Source: Tubiluchus corallicola
Lineage: Eukaryota > Animalia > Priapulida
Assembly: GCA_030141605.1 (NCBI GenBank)
Contig: JAQGDQ010000688.1
Span: forward strand, 1-64,000
Length of the DNA: 64,000 bases
Reading direction: 5' to 3'
Shown here: positions 46,758-61,574 of the stretch, piece after piece
Layout: each line of letters opens with the position of its first letter
Position numbering within the stretch: the stretch's first letter is position 1
Translations under genes and position numbers: made by a program
Notes under the pieces: model-generated
What the model was told of the DNA's origin: nothing
The model's database searches: none
What the model saw: the letters and a program-made list of their open reading frames with translations, nothing else

Positions 46758-48522
46758 CCAAAGTGGACTCGTATCGTGATAATCTGAGTCAATGATATTC
46801 AGCAAATTAGCAAGTGCTTAACCGGAGACTGACAGTAACGATGTGATGTAATTCAAGCTGCTGCTTTAGAGTGTACTGTAGATGCGTGACAATCAGTGCA
46901 GTGAGCAGTAGTTGACTTAGCAGTTTGTTGAGTTGTTTTAGCATTTAGCTATCCTAGAACTTTTGATTGATAAATATCCTTAGCATGTATTATCAGTTGA
47001 CAGTTTCATCAAGTCTTTTTTATAAGGCCTGCAAATGTTAACTCGGGTGTTTCGTGATATGTATCGTATTGCGATATGTATCGTATCATCACTTTGGCCC
47101 TATAAAGGCAGCGCTCCCCAACTAGCGGCCGAAACTCGACTCTCAAGTTCCTCCGGACGACTCCAACATATTGTATTTTGTTTTGTTTTCTATACTCCTT
47201 ACATAACATATCCCTTGCAAAATAATATAGCTGTATGTATACAAAAATCTCACTCCATAAACACAAACTGTTTTTATGATTATAAATACACTCCTACATA
47301 AACGAAATTGAAAAAAGCTAAAAAATTCAGTGATAACAATGTCGACCTTGAAAAGCAAAAATCTATTTTAATGCACTGAACATAAACAAGGGGAATCTTT
47401 ATAAAACAGAAAACTAACAATAACCGTAAAAGCTATCACGTCCTAAATAACTAAAAACTATAATATATAAACCTACTTCCCAAGACCCTCTTTTTCCAAA
47501 CTTTTTATTTATCGCTATCCTATTCTTACTGACATGTCGTATCGCGATATGTATCATATCATGACCTAGGGATATCATTACAGTCCTATTAAAGATAAAA
47601 TTACAAAGGTGTAAAATGTGCTTAGAGCATAGATGCTGATGTAGCTCATATGCGGGACAATCATGTGATTTTACCTCACAGTTTTGTCTTCACGGGGGGG
47701 GGCGCAAGGTAGAATTATAAAGCAAAGTTTGGATTTAACAAACGGCAGATTTTTTTGGTTAAAGCATTGCACAGTTCTGTTTCAGCCGTAGTGGTCACAA
47801 TAAACGCTTGGATTTATTATCCTTGGATTTATTAAGCGGATTATTTTGCTGGTTTGTCATTTTCCCTATAACCTCTTGCTTGCCAAAAGTCTGCGGCAAA
47901 ATGAAACCTTTTTTATCGCTACTTTTATGTATGGAGGACACTCTCGGGATGTCTCGTAACTCTTGTTATTGGTTCTTAAACGTTGAAGTTTGCCGAAAGC
48001 ACTCATTATTCCGACCTCTCTAAAAGCAAAATAAAGCTCTACAAATGGCTGAAATCTTGAAAAGTCAGATGAATATAAGCTGGCTAAATTTTGATCTTGG
48101 CTTTTCAGAAGTTTTTTAAGCGTGTTGCTAAAAGCGTAAAACTCGGATAAAACTGCAAATTCCGCAGCTTGCTTAAAGAGAAATTGGATAATTTTTTGTC
48201 TCTTCATAGTTCATACCCCACTTTAAAAAGTATATTTTAACACATATTATAATAATGCCAAGGTGTTTCTGATAAATGAATAATACGTTAAAACCTTAAT
48301 TTATGGCTGGCAAGCCCTATAAAACATCATATAGCTGATGTTTGCAAAACGTTCGTGTATTATAGGCCTTTATTACTATAACGCTTAATTTTGAGTCAAT
48401 ACCGTACATATATATATGTATTATATTTATATTTTTATTAACCTTATCTATTTAATCTGTATTGCTATTTTATTGACTAATCCTTGTACATAATTGTGAT
48501 ATTGAACCTGAATACGAATAAA

Positions 48523-48810
<288 letters not shown>

Positions 48811-49456
48811 ATGTCTGCCTAAAATTCAAACAATATCTAATTTAATGGCTACCATGTTTAAGTGTAAACTTATCATGATGGTGCCGTGATAAGCATGATC
48901 ATGAACTGTAGTGTTAGTTTCTAACATCATATGATGTAAAGCCCATTTTTCATGATGTCACGCATTTAAGCAGTACTGTAACACTTACGAAAATGTGCTT
49001 GACGCGCAAGGGAAGACGCCTGCCATTGCACAAACTGTGGTTAGTTTCAGACGTAAACAATAGTTGCCGTTAATTAACTTTTCAAATATAAGGAACAATT
49101 GTTAACTTTTATAGGCAAGAAAATGTATATTTTGGACAGTAAATTAAAATGAGATTGGGTCTAAACAATCGTCCGGTCTTTCTTTATGGATGAATATGAT
49201 AATTGCAAAAAACAACAGGTTTAGTGTAACTTTAACACTAGAATCAGAGTTTTTGTCAGAAGTAAAAGATGGATTAGAACTTTTCTCTTGTGAAGTTCCC
49301 TCTGGTATGTTCCCTTGAGGTTTGGTTGTAGGTTATTCCTGTTGCAATGCTTGAGGAAGCTTATTGAGCTAAATCCGATTTCGTCGAAATGAACCAATTG
49401 TAGCAATCTCTTTCTCTTCCTCTCTCTCCCTTTCTGTCTCTCTCTTTCTCTCCCTT

Positions 49457-49490
<34 letters not shown>

Positions 49491-52400
49491 CCTTTCTCTC
49501 TCTCTCTCGCTCTCTCTCTTTCTCTCTCTCTGTCTTTCTCTCTCTAAACAATCGTCCAGTCTTCCTTGAAGCACCATAAATAGCTAAAGTAATAAAACAG
49601 ATAATATTTTAAATCAGTTATTAATTGTGAATACATGACTTTTACCTATTGACAACACTATTTATCAATGATTTCATTTACGTGTATACGAAAAAAACAT
49701 ATTTTATTCAATATATTAGTGTCCGAGTTAAGTCGAGTTCGAGTTAGACTAGGGTAAAAGTTATTTCTTTTTTTTCTGTAACTTCTCTGCCTGCAGCTTT
49801 TTTACCTGGATCCATGTTTACATTGAGTGGAAGTATTTTAAAGAGAGAATTTTACTTGCCAGCCATTTTACATTAAGTTGCTGCATCTGATGTGCATTAA
49901 TGGGTTTATCTGGTTTTAACAGCACTGAAAATCTATCTATTAGAGTTGCTGCTAACGGCGCGTGTTTTTGCTAAACAAACAGGCTAACCTCTTCCTGAAC
50001 CCTCCCGTTTCTGGAGTGATGATGTCTCGCCGTGCATGCCCGGAAATGCGCGTTTTTGTGGTTTTTGAGCTCAGTTCCGCTTGTGTGGGCGTGCACACTA
50101 GCTAGTAGCGTGTAGAACGGAGGTCTGTGCTGGAGTTTTTGTGAATGGTGTGTACTGTATGTGAGTGAATGCATTTATAACGTCTTGTATTGTGTTACTT
50201 CCCTATTGCCTCTCCGGTTGGGATTTAAAGTTGAAGATAATCGTATTAGCAAGTGGTTCGAGCTACCACTGTATGTCACACAAACAGCGAGCATGATACA
50301 GAAATACTGCATTCTACAGTTTGTGCATAGTAATGAGGGTAAGTAAGTGAGTTAGTAAAAAAAATTATTTGTCTCTGAATGTTACAAAATAAACATAAAC
50401 AAAAGCTAAAAACTAAAATAAAGACGGAAACGAGACGGGGTGGCGAAAAGACCAAGGATCACCAAGTCAACCACCCCTATCCAAACAGAAGAAAATTAAG
50501 TGACCTGTCAAGTAAGATGTGTACAAATGAAAATAATCACCAACTTAACAAAATAAAAAAATAAATGAGGCAACAAGTTCAAATGAGTTTAAATTTAGAA
50601 ACAGTAAATAAATTTGGGAATGAGAAGAGACAAAATTTAAATTAGCAAACAAAATGGAAAGTTTAAACTCATCAAAAACAAAACGAATAATTACATATAA
50701 ATCAAGAACTCAACCCAACATAAGAAGCGAAAAAATGAAGCAATGTCAAGTCATAAGTAAGTCATCACCAGGTCCAAGTACCTCTATCCAAATTTAAAGG
50801 AAATTATATAACCTGAAACCTATAAAGGAAAATTATAATAATCAACATATAAAAAATAAAAAGAAAAAATAAAGATGAATAACTAGGGAGATATTAGTAT
50901 AATGAACGTCTATAAGAGGCGATATAAGACGGGTGATAATCTCTACCAGAAAGCGAATTCGAATCGAATTTATGACTTTGGAATTCGAATCGAACCGAAC
51001 TTCAACGTTTTCCAATCCGAATCGAATTCTAACTGAGTTTCAAAGATTTTCCAACCTCTAATAAAAAGCGGACTCGCAAAGATCATGCACATTACTTGAT
51101 TTTGATCTGTAGTAAAACACGAATAAATTGTTTAAAATTTGTGCACAAGTATGGCGGCGAAATTGGGCTGATTGCTGATATTTCGAACGTTTTAATGTCC
51201 AAGAACGTACATAGTTGCAGTGCTGAATTGTCTGAGTCTATAATTTTAGGTTCAAATTAAATTGGAAATAAAAAAACTCGATTCGAACGTTCCCTAAACT
51301 TAGAATTAATAACCCAACCATGGATAGCGTTATTAATTGGATTCTTAGGAGCCATTATTTAATCAAATCAAATCATTTATTTTTCATCCCAATAACAATA
51401 CAAAGAAAAATAGGTATAAATAAAAAAAAGTCAAACAAATGGGAAGGGGTGGCGAAGAACATTAGTTATCGAATCAGCCACCCCAAACCGAGTATTAAAT
51501 TAGTATTATGCAGTGTTGTAATTACATATTAATTGTATATAAACTGAAGTATACCCCCACACACACACATATATATATATAAACCGTAAATATATATACT
51601 ATAGTAATATTAAAAAAGAAAAAAGTTATTTCATTAAATTATGTATTTCAATTGCCTGTGTTTTTCTATACATAAAACTTTCTAATTTTTAACTAATTTA
51701 AAGCCAACGTAATGTTTTTGTTCTACTACGGGCAGTTATTACTTAGTCATATAGCAAAAAAGTCACAGAAAAAAACAAATAACTCCATCCCTAACCTCAA
51801 CCCTGTCAAAACTAATTGTGAATTTTTTCCTAGCCAAAATTGTGACTTCTTTCCGGAGTTTTTTTTTCGGTGAGTTTATTACCGGTCACCGTGCAAACTT
51901 TTCTAACGTGTAATCGCTATAATTTACACTCTGTGGAGTTTCCATAATTCATCTGCTGACTTTTGCTTTTGGCCGACTGTATTATTTGTATAGATCTAGA
52001 AAACATTGAACCCTCCACAGTTGGCAGGTGATAATCAATCATTTATTATTGGTTTTGCTCGTGCAGAAATTCACTGTTTGTGTCGTAGTCTGAATTCTTA
52101 CTTTTAGCATTACAGGTTAAACAAATCAAGTCCCTATCAGCATTTAAAACAAAATTAAAATCACTGATATTAACCAGATATGAAATACCATCACACCAGT
52201 ACGACAACATACACACTAATTCAGAATTTATATATCCACGGCCATATTAAGTAAATCATAATTTTTTCATTTTTTGCGCATAGTTGTAAATATGTTTGAT
52301 TTTATTCGTCGTTACTTTCCATTACTGCACAGTATTTTAGACTGCACTGACGCATTTGCGTTTAGCAGTGTTAAGTTTTTATTAACTAACACTCATCTCT

Positions 52401-54279
52401 GTGAAGTTTTTATCAGTGATTATCAATGTATTTTAACGGCAAATAAAGATTATTATGTATATATATATTTAGTGTCGTGACTTTCTTTCCTAGCCAAAAT
52501 TGTGAGTTGTTCTCGGTCACTGTAAATTAATTGTAAAGTTTTTCCTTATCCTCGGTTAATTTCACTTTCTATAGACTGATTTTAATATTAGGTGTGACAG
52601 AAATATCTGGCATTTGGGCTTTTCCTGCTAACAGTTTTTACCTTGGACAACATTAACGTTTACAAGATTTCGTGCTCTTGTCTTTGCCTCGTGTTTTTGC
52701 CTTTGTACGTGTGTGACTTTCAATTTGCCAAAGCATTTCAGTAATTTATGACAGGATAATGCAGTGAGAAACTTTAATTCATGGCTTTCCTCTCAGATCT
52801 GCTGGAGATAGATTTGAAATGAAGTAGAAGTAAACAGAAATAATCTGTTTACAATCTAAAATTGTACTGTTAAAAAATAATCCAGATTTAAAGGTCACAG
52901 TTAAAAAAGTTAAAGGAAAGACACACCTTTTTTCACAAGGAAAAAGAAGTAACCCTAAGCCCAGCCAAAATATAAATTGCAACTTTTTTCCTTTATTGTT
53001 TTAGCTTTACTGTACAAATTTGATGTTATCCATAATTTTTATACATAATCATCGCTAATCTTTTGTCCTTTCATTTTACTCGTCTACTCATTATCTTTTA
53101 ATTCTACAATTTTTACAAGCTGAATCTTACATTATTTTTTATTCATACAATAATTCATACGTACTAGTACTTTACAATATATTAACATCAGCAGCTTTCT
53201 TCCATTTTTATTGTCTTCATTGATGACTAATTGTTTGTGATATTAGTCAATGATTTACACTACATTTAACTTTTAGCTTGCACCTATATTATTGTTTGAT
53301 TTGTACATTATCTTAGTCTGATGTAATCTGCAGTATTCTTAATTGCTTATGTGTATTAATTTTCGCCTGATTCTGCCTTGATTCTGACTTTGACCATAAT
53401 GAAAAATAACATGTGGAGTATGTTGGGGTAATGTCCGCCATCGGCTAATGTCGGATAGTCTGTTTCTATGCACTCTAAACATGTCACGTGAGCTAGCTTA
53501 AACATGGACTATAAACATGTCATGTGACCTAGCCTAGCTTTTTACAGCATGCTGTAACCAATCAGCAGAGCCAGCATTGTTCAGCTAGCTGCGTTTCCCC
53601 TGTTCTAGTTGTCTCTCACCAGCATCAGCAACAAATTTCGAGAAGAGTTGGGTGATTTACTTATTTCACACTTGCCTTAGTGTTTTATAATGTTTTTAGT
53701 AACTACTATAATGAATAATCATCTATACTGAAGCTGTTAAAGTCTATTTCAAACAATGAATTAGATGGAAAAAATTCTTTTCTATTCGGTTCATTTCCCA
53801 TGACTTTTTTCCTTTGACTTTAGTACTCCTCAGCGTTAAAGAATAGAATTGTATAAATTTATTCTCATCGGTAACAGTAATGTTGCTTTCTGAGATAATG
53901 TGATTTGTACGAAGAATGTTGAAATGTTTGTTTGACTGGCAGTGTTTGACTAGTTTTTACTCTAGTACTTGCTTTTGGCATGCTGAAGCCCCTGAGCCGT
54001 TGACACTATACAGATGTTTGCATTCGTGATCTGTTTCCTCTGAATCGGTTTCTATTTTTGCCTGAACCATGTGTCTTTTCGGTTCAATCTCATACGCAGT
54101 GTTTTTGATATTCAAACGTGTATAAAGTCTGATGTGGTGAGGATCCTACATCATGTTGTTCAGACTGGCTGATCCAATCCTATAATAAATTATGTTTAAA
54201 CTATACTAACTAAATTAATATTAATGTCGTACAAATAGGGGTGGCCGCTAGGTGACCTCATGGTCTTTCATCTCAATGT

Positions 54280-54773
54280 TGTTGGCATCCTTCTGTCTCG
54301 GAAGACAATGGAGTGTGCGCCAAGAGAGTCAGTTATTGATCACATTGCAGCGTCGATCCTGGGCAAGGTGTATGGAGATCCTGAGTTACCCAGACAGCAG
54401 GAACCCCCTCTCTTCCTCCCTGGCATAGCCCAAAGGAAAGCGGAGCGATACGCTTGGCACCAGGTTGGTTGCAGGAGCTGCCGGAGTCAGTGAGCATGCT
54501 GCACTGGTCCGCCTTTGGGGCTCCACTTCTGATTTGGAAGGTTTACTCCTCTACACATGGCCGTTGGATCACTTGACCTCCTCCGCCCTCTAGCCGTTGG
54601 CTGCTTGTGCAGCTCCGCCTAGTGTCGAGATACAGTGTGGGCATCCCGCAGGCCTACAGCACCTGGTATTCCTAGGCGGTCACCCATCCAAGTACTAACA
54701 AGGCTCTATGTTGCTTAACTTCGGTGATCAGACGAGAACCGGTGTTTTCAATGTGATATGGCCGTAGTAGTAG
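54280..54773 (-). mobile_element. 5S rRNA-headed, RTE-bodied SINE, copy C (essentially full-length 5S head)
   Basis: 54651-54767 on the minus strand reads CTACGGCCATATCACATTGAAAACACCGGTTCTCGTCTGATCACCGAAGTTAAGC...GGATGGGTGACCGCCTAGGAATACCAGGTGCTGTAGGC, with no oligo-T terminator. 9-bp TSD TCTCAATGT at 54271-54279 and 54774-54782. Confidence 0.9.
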
Positions 54774-55125
54774 TCTCAATGTAGTGTTTATCATTTTAAA
54801 AAACCATTGTATATTATTATATATGTAACTATAAATGAGATGAATCAAATTTAATCTAATCTGGGCGAAAATACAGTAATTCAGCAGAAAGTGCGATAAT
54901 TTATAGCCTCCAGTACGATAATCAGCATTCTGCAAAAATACCAACAGTGTAAGACACTGGAAGTTGAATATTGATGTGGCTAATTTTTTATTTATTTTTG
55001 CAGATGAAAGTTTGACTTGGTAAAGAACACAAAGTTCTACGGCAGAGTGGTCATAAACGCAAAATAATTGTTCTTGTAACTTGTGGACGTGAAATACAAA
55101 GTAGTGTCGCCAGCAGATCGCAGTC

Positions 55126-55629
55126 ATGGCGGTGAATATGCCCCCGATTCGTCGTACGATGAAGAACGTGATGCACAACTATACCGACGCACAGGTCAAA
55201 GTTCGCGAGGCCACCTCGAACGATCCGTGGGGTCCCTCTAGTACGCTAATGTCCGAGGTGGCCGACTTGACCTACAACGTTGTGGCGTATTCGGAAATAA
55301 TGCAGATGATATGGAAACGGCTAAACGATCACGGCAAGAACTGGCGTCACGTGTACAAGGCGCTGGTTCTCCTCGATTACTTGATAAAGACCGGGTCGGA
55401 AAAGGTGGCGCAACAGTGCAAGGAGAACATATTCGCCATACAGACCCTGAAGGACTTTCAGTACACAGAGAACAACAAGGACCAGGGTGTGAATGTTCGC
55501 GAGAAGGCGAAACAGTTGGTGTCTTTACTCAAAGACGACGAGCGATTGAAGAACGAACGCGCTCGAGCACTGAAGGCAAAAGAACGATTTGCCCAGAACA
55601 CATCGGGTATCGGCAGTGATTCCACCCAC
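55126..55629 (+). CDS. EPN: Epsin (EPN1/2/3, liquid facets family), first coding exon containing the whole ENTH domain; later exons not found in window
   Basis: IRRTMKNVMHNYTDAQVKVREATSNDPWGPSSTLMSEVADLTYNVVAYSEIMQMIWKRLNDHGKNWRHVYKAL...DQGVNVREKAKQLVSLLKDDERLKNER is a canonical epsin ENTH domain. Acceptor ttttgcag| at 55003; donor CAC|GTAGGT at 55630. Confidence 0.95.
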
Positions 55630-56526
55630 GTAGGTATTCAGTAGAGTAGAACTTTGCTTTTTTATAAACAGGTTCACGGATGGTACATTTCTCTATAAAC
55701 AAATGGCAACACTAAGGCTGTGGTTTCAAAACATAATTTATTGTGGCATTTTGCCAACAGCTTTTGGTATTTTCTAGCGAATACTCTGTTTAGTGTTTAA
55801 TGGTAAAATGAATGAACTTAGAATTTGTAACATTACGGCTAACCTAGCAAGCAGCGAAATGTTGTCGGGTTGGTAGGGCCTCCGGAATTCACGGAAATGG
55901 GCAACTGAGGCAGAAATATCTATGCAAAACAGAATGGGCCCGATTTCCGACTTTCCTGCAAATTTAATGCGTACTAGAGGTGGAATTTTCTTCACTTGTT
56001 ACTTTCCTGCAAAACAAAGTAGTTTTTTTCAGCCTTTTGGGACGTTATTAGAAGCCCTTGGCCGAGTTTTATTTTTTATGCAACATGCGTTCCTACTTTC
56101 ACTTTGTTTTTGCATTTGTGACGAGAAATACTGGAAATTATTTGTGCGAGCTTTTGTAGCAAATCGCATTACGTTTGTGGAAAGGTTTCCCCAGTTCTCA
56201 CAAACATGATCTGACAATATTATGCGTGTGACAGCTAGCCAGGGAATTTCCCGATGATTTGTACGACATTTGTAGTATTCTGTAACTTTTGTGCGCGAAT
56301 TAAATGTTGGCATTCTTATTTTATCTTAGCCAAATACAAGTACCCGATAGACAACATACTTAATTAATTTAAAAATTTATTTTTTTAATTAAGTGTATCC
56401 CACATCACATAATTTGATGATAAATATTAGTAACAGGGTCATGTAGCTTCTAATTTCTGCGAAGCCCTTTGATTTCGTCTGCAACATGTCAGAAACGTAT
56501 CGTGTTGAATCAGCAGATTGTTCATT

Positions 56527-59317
56527 ACAGGTTGATGTTTCATATACTATATCATTTTCAAGTACGGGTTTTTCAAGTATACATTTTAACACCAATAACA
56601 CTGGCAAAGCATTTCTGGTAGTTAAATAAATCTGGATTAAAATCTTAATTAACGATGAGCGAGCCCAACTATTGATGACATTACAAACGAACATAATTTT
56701 CAACAGGAAAAATTATTCATCGAGCGTGTTACATGTGTTTGCGAAAGTGAAAATTGAAGTACAGTGCTACTGTAAGATATTCAGTGTGTTGACCTAAAAA
56801 TAGGCAAGTTCTAAGATAAAAATTCAAATTTCAAATTTACTGCTGTACTTATGATGCATAAGCCGTCGAACATATGTAGTGCGTCAGAAGCTAACACAAC
56901 TGAACTGAAAGGTACAGCACCTGTTTTTGTGCAATACGTTCTCGAATGCAGGCGCTAGTGACCATCTAACTAGAAAATGGTGAAATGCATGTAACAGCAA
57001 AGAACTAGTGGCAAGAACATGAAATTGTATTTGTGTGGTGATAATTCTTTCAGGTAAGTCATTTTGGAAAAAATAGTATGTTTCTTTCAATATTTTAAAG
57101 AGCAGATTATTTTGACCTACAGTTTAAGATCGGGTCTGGTTTCGCTTTAATATTAAATAAATTTTAAATAAATTATCTTATAGTGTGAATACAGGATATA
57201 GGACTCAACTGAATAATAGCGTAACAGATACGGTACTCCAGTTAGCCCAAGAAAAAGCTTGAAGGAAAGGGATGATTTATCCTGTTCTACCCCAATTTGA
57301 AGTACAGTAAAAAGTATACGCTTTAACACTTACCTTAATGCCAAAGTGTTTTTGATAATTAAATAATAGGTTAAAAACTTAATTAATGACAGGCGACCGC
57401 AGCTAGTGATGACATCACAACTGAACGTAATTTTCAACAGCACAAACATTTCATGAGCATGTTGCACATGTTTGCAAAACTGTAAATTGAAGTTCATTGT
57501 GCCACTGCACAACATCCTGTGTGATACACAAAAACTGTGCAAATTTTAATTTTAAAATTCAGATTTCTAGTTTACCATTGTGCATACAAGATCTTGAACG
57601 TGTGCACTACATCACAACTGAACAACTTTGAACTGAAGTGAGAGTACAGCACCTGTTTTTTGTACAATGTATTTCAGAGATGCAGGTCTTATTGCCCATC
57701 TAAATAGCAAATGATCAGATGCCCATCTAGTTAGCAAATGATGAGATGCGTGTAACAGAGAAAATTAAGCACGCGAATGCAAAATTCGGCTTCTGCAGTA
57801 ATAATTTTTTTTCACGTAAGTCATTCTTGAAAAAATGGTAAAAAAAATTCTTGAATGTTCTATTTCTGTATTCTGTAGGATAGATTGTTTTGAGCTGTGA
57901 TTTCAAATTGTGTCCGGTTTTCCTTTAATTTTTCATAATTCTGACTAATCCCTTTCAGTCGTCAGTGACTCTTTCAAGGAAATTAAATGTTCTTTGCATC
58001 ACTAAGTACTGACGAAATTTCCGCAATTTCAGTGAACTGTGAGTGCTATGTGTAAGGATTTTGGCGTGGTAAGCTAAATACGTAAACCAGCTGTGCACAG
58101 TACATGTATTCATGCATAGCTTTAGGTGTATTAAGGTGTCATATGAATTGTGTCTCATACCTGTATCCTGTATTCACACTATAAGATAATTTATTTAAAA
58201 TTTATTTAATATTAAAGCGAAACCGGACCCAATCTTAAACTGTAGTCAAAATAATCTGCTCTTTAAAATATTGAAAGAAACGTATTATTTATTCCAGAAT
58301 GACTTACTTGAAAGAATTATCACCACACAAATACAATTTCACGTTCGTGCCACTAGTTCTTTGCTGTTACATGCATTTCACCATTTTCTAGTTAGACGGT
58401 CACTAGCACCTGCATTTCGAGAACGTGTTGCACAAAAGCAGGTCCTGTACCGCTCAGTTCAGATGTGTTCGTTTCTGATGCACTACACATGTTCGACGGC
58501 TTATGCATAAGTACAGCGGTAAATTTGAAATTTGAATTTTTATCTTAAAACTCGCCTATTTTTAGGACAACACACTGAATATCTTACAGTAGCATTGTAC
58601 TTCAATTTTCACTTTCACAAACACGTGCAACACGCTGATGGAATATTTTTCCTGTTGAAAATTATGTTCATTTGTGATGTCATCAATAGTTTGACTCGCT
58701 CGCCGTTAATTAAGATTCTAATCCAGGGGTGTGCAAATTATCTGACTAGCCGGGCCACATTAAACTTTCCCGCAATTCCTGTGGGCCACAGGCAGTTTGA
58801 TTAAGGAGCCAAGTACAGAAAGGCCTAATAACGATTTTTTTGCATCCGACCTGCGTACATCATTACTACTACACTCAAGAAACTATTTTAGAAGTTATTA
58901 AAATTTATATTACAAACCATATATTTCTACTGCCGGGACAGATAGTGGTAATTTCATTACAATGCATATTAGTAATGTGTATCACACAGTCTGTGTAGTA
59001 CAGTGACATTAAGCTACAACCGTCTTGAAAGGGTTAATGGCACCGATCTTGTAGAAAAAACTACCCGCACGATCTTTGGGATCGTGGCATGGACTTCAGC
59101 TGGATACACTCAATTAATCGCCTGGGCCACACTTTCATTAGGTTGACAAATCTCTTCGCGGGCCGCACAAATTCTCTCGGCGGGCCGCAATGTGCACACC
59201 CCTGTTCTAATCCATTATTTAACTACCAGAAATGCTTTTCCAGTATTATTGGTGTTAAAATGTATACTTGGAAATCCCGTACTTGAAAATGAACTAGTAT
59301 ACGAAACATCAACCTGT
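56527..59317. repeat. Inverted duplication in the epsin intron: arms 56527-57202 and 58160-59317 (right arm carries the hAT insert), spacer about 0.96 kb
   Basis: The arms are reverse complements. They share about 50 bp beyond the transposon terminus and the same outer breakpoint (ACAGGTTGATGTTTC). Confidence 0.85.
58724..59204. mobile_element. hAT (Charlie/Buster-like) MITE, copy 2, opposite orientation
   Basis: TIR CAGGGGTGTGCA; perfect 8-bp TSD TTCTAATC at 58716-58723 and 59205-59212; reverse-complement match to 7675-8129. Confidence 0.9.
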
Positions 59318-61110
59318 CTTCCTATAATAAAGGAATCACCACAGGTCTACAGATTCCATTTCTTTCCACCCTTGAACTTGTGAGCTGATTTTCTGCTCTT
59401 CTCGGGGCTCTAGCTAATCCGGGGCTTAACACTGAATGGTCTCTTTAGTTGATTCTCTGCGAATCCAGCTCATAAATCCTCCTCTTCTATTAATCTGCCC
59501 GGACAGCAAACTAAATGTTATTCCATCTATAGAAGCTCCACGTATGCAGCTCTGATCAATATTATAGCCAAAGCTTCGTCCACAACGATGGGAAATTTAT
59601 AATTCTCTTTTGAACGGCGTTTCTCTCTGCATATGTAGCATGAGAGAGGATCTTGCCTCGAGAAGAGATGCCTTAGCATTACGTAGCACTCTTTGGACAA
59701 TTATATGGCGAAATTTGTTAGAGGTCAGCTTGCTACACGAAGCCATTAATTGGGACCTCCCGGTGGAGCTACCGCTGATGGTTTGCTGATTAGGAGCAGT
59801 TATTGAGACTGAAGCCATGTAAGTTCCTCCCCGGGAGATTACTTTCTTCTTCTTCGTGATCGCACTTTATTGCATTGTGTTCATCTGCTAGTTTAGTTTC
59901 TGCATGTTGCCATGGTTACGTACTTTGTTACAAAAAAGTGACAAGGCCCTTTCGAAACGAGTGATACATTTTTTAGACAGAAACGTGGTGCCGTGTTCAA
60001 ATAAATCGAATAGACCACATTCAGAGCTTGAGTTCTTCTAGTCAAAAGATATCTGCTTTAGAGAAATTTTTTACTTGTCTATATGAGTACATTGAATAGG
60101 CTGCTCACATCAGACCATTTTATTATAAGTTATTCCTAGTGGTAATTGTTATGTTAAAACGATAATCAAGTTTTACACTGGGTTTCATTATAAAACTTTG
60201 CACAGAAATTTCAGTATTATCCGGGTTTAACTATTCGTAGTTTAACAATATGCAGAATTTGGAAACTGAAATGAATAATAAGAGTGGACTTATTCTTTGA
60301 GAGCATTTTTAACACTTTCTTTTTGTTGTTGTCAAACTAGAGAGTTCGTTTAGTGGCTGCTGGCTAACTTAATTTGATTGGGCGCGTATTCTTTAGTCGG
60401 AAGTTATTCGTAATGTGAAAGCACAGTCTGGGCTGAGTCTACCCAGTTTTGTTCTTAAACAGATCAGACGTTTTTTTAACGTCAGAAACACAACAGATTT
60501 GAGACAGATACAATGATTTAGCAAAATTCGAGGGCAGTGCAATAAACATTTCGTTGAATTTTGTGCAATGTTTGGTCTCTTGCCTTGTCATAGCTTTCCT
60601 TGAATTTGTGTCCATCTTGAAACACTTAAATGTCCCGCTGGCATGGCTGTACTACAATATGTACTTTCACTTAAAAACACCATTGCCCGAGGTAATGATC
60701 AGTAATCACCCTAAGTACAGGTTTGACACACCCTGCAGCTTATATCTGTGCAATATTTAAGAAATCTAGTCTCACTTTCACTTAATAATGGGTGATAGTT
60801 TTCTGGGTTATTGGGTTGCTGATGTCCCATGGCTGACATAATTTCGGTTATCTGTTCCTTTCTAATAAATAATGTAAGCTAAGTCGCGGCTAAAATGTGA
60901 TGATTTTACAATAGGCGTGATCCGTTAAAGATTTTAATTGTATCTTGTAACGTACTACTCATACTAAACTAAAGTAGATTTTAGTTTAGAGTAGAGTAGA
61001 GTAGTATGAGTTTTAGTAAACTAAAATAAACTAATCAACTTTTTAACTTTTTATTATTATTTTTATTATTTTAAACCCACATCACAAGTTCACAATTTGG
61101 TAACTTTATA

Positions 61111-61574
61111 CAGTGTTCCCTCGCCACTTCGCGGCTCGTTTATCGCGGACTCGCTGTTTCGCGGATTTTCATTTTAAAGGAATATTTTAAATCATGAAAA
61201 ATTACCATTTACGGTAAATAGTGTATTTATTCGGCAGATGAATACACACCAAAAACGAAACGTAGTACTTGCGCCTGCTTAAGATGCTACTTGCCGACGT
61301 GAGATTGTACACAACACACGATTGGTTGATTGACGGAAAGCGACCAACCAGCGAATGCTGCTCTGTATCCCAGTCGCTGATTGGCTCAGGTACCGTGAAT
61401 TTGTTTTCTTGTACGGTGTTTATGAAATTTTCGTTAGAGACTGAACTTATTCAAGCCCTACGATGCCACCCAAATGTGTAAGTATTAAATAAGTATAGCG
61501 TCCCTACTTCGCGGAAATTCACTTATTGCGGGTGGGCCTGGAACGGAACACCCGCGATAAGTGAGGGAACACTG
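61111..61574. mobile_element. pogo/Tigger-like MITE, second family
   Basis: TA|CAGTGTTCCCTC ... GAGGGAACACTG|TA. Confidence 0.85.

Noticed and set aside
54651-54767. Bona fide 5S rRNA genes (also about 25669-25777 and 37970-38077)
   Set aside because: Dispersed and mutated, no oligo-T terminator, fused to a shared retroposon body, and two have TSDs. They are SINE heads.
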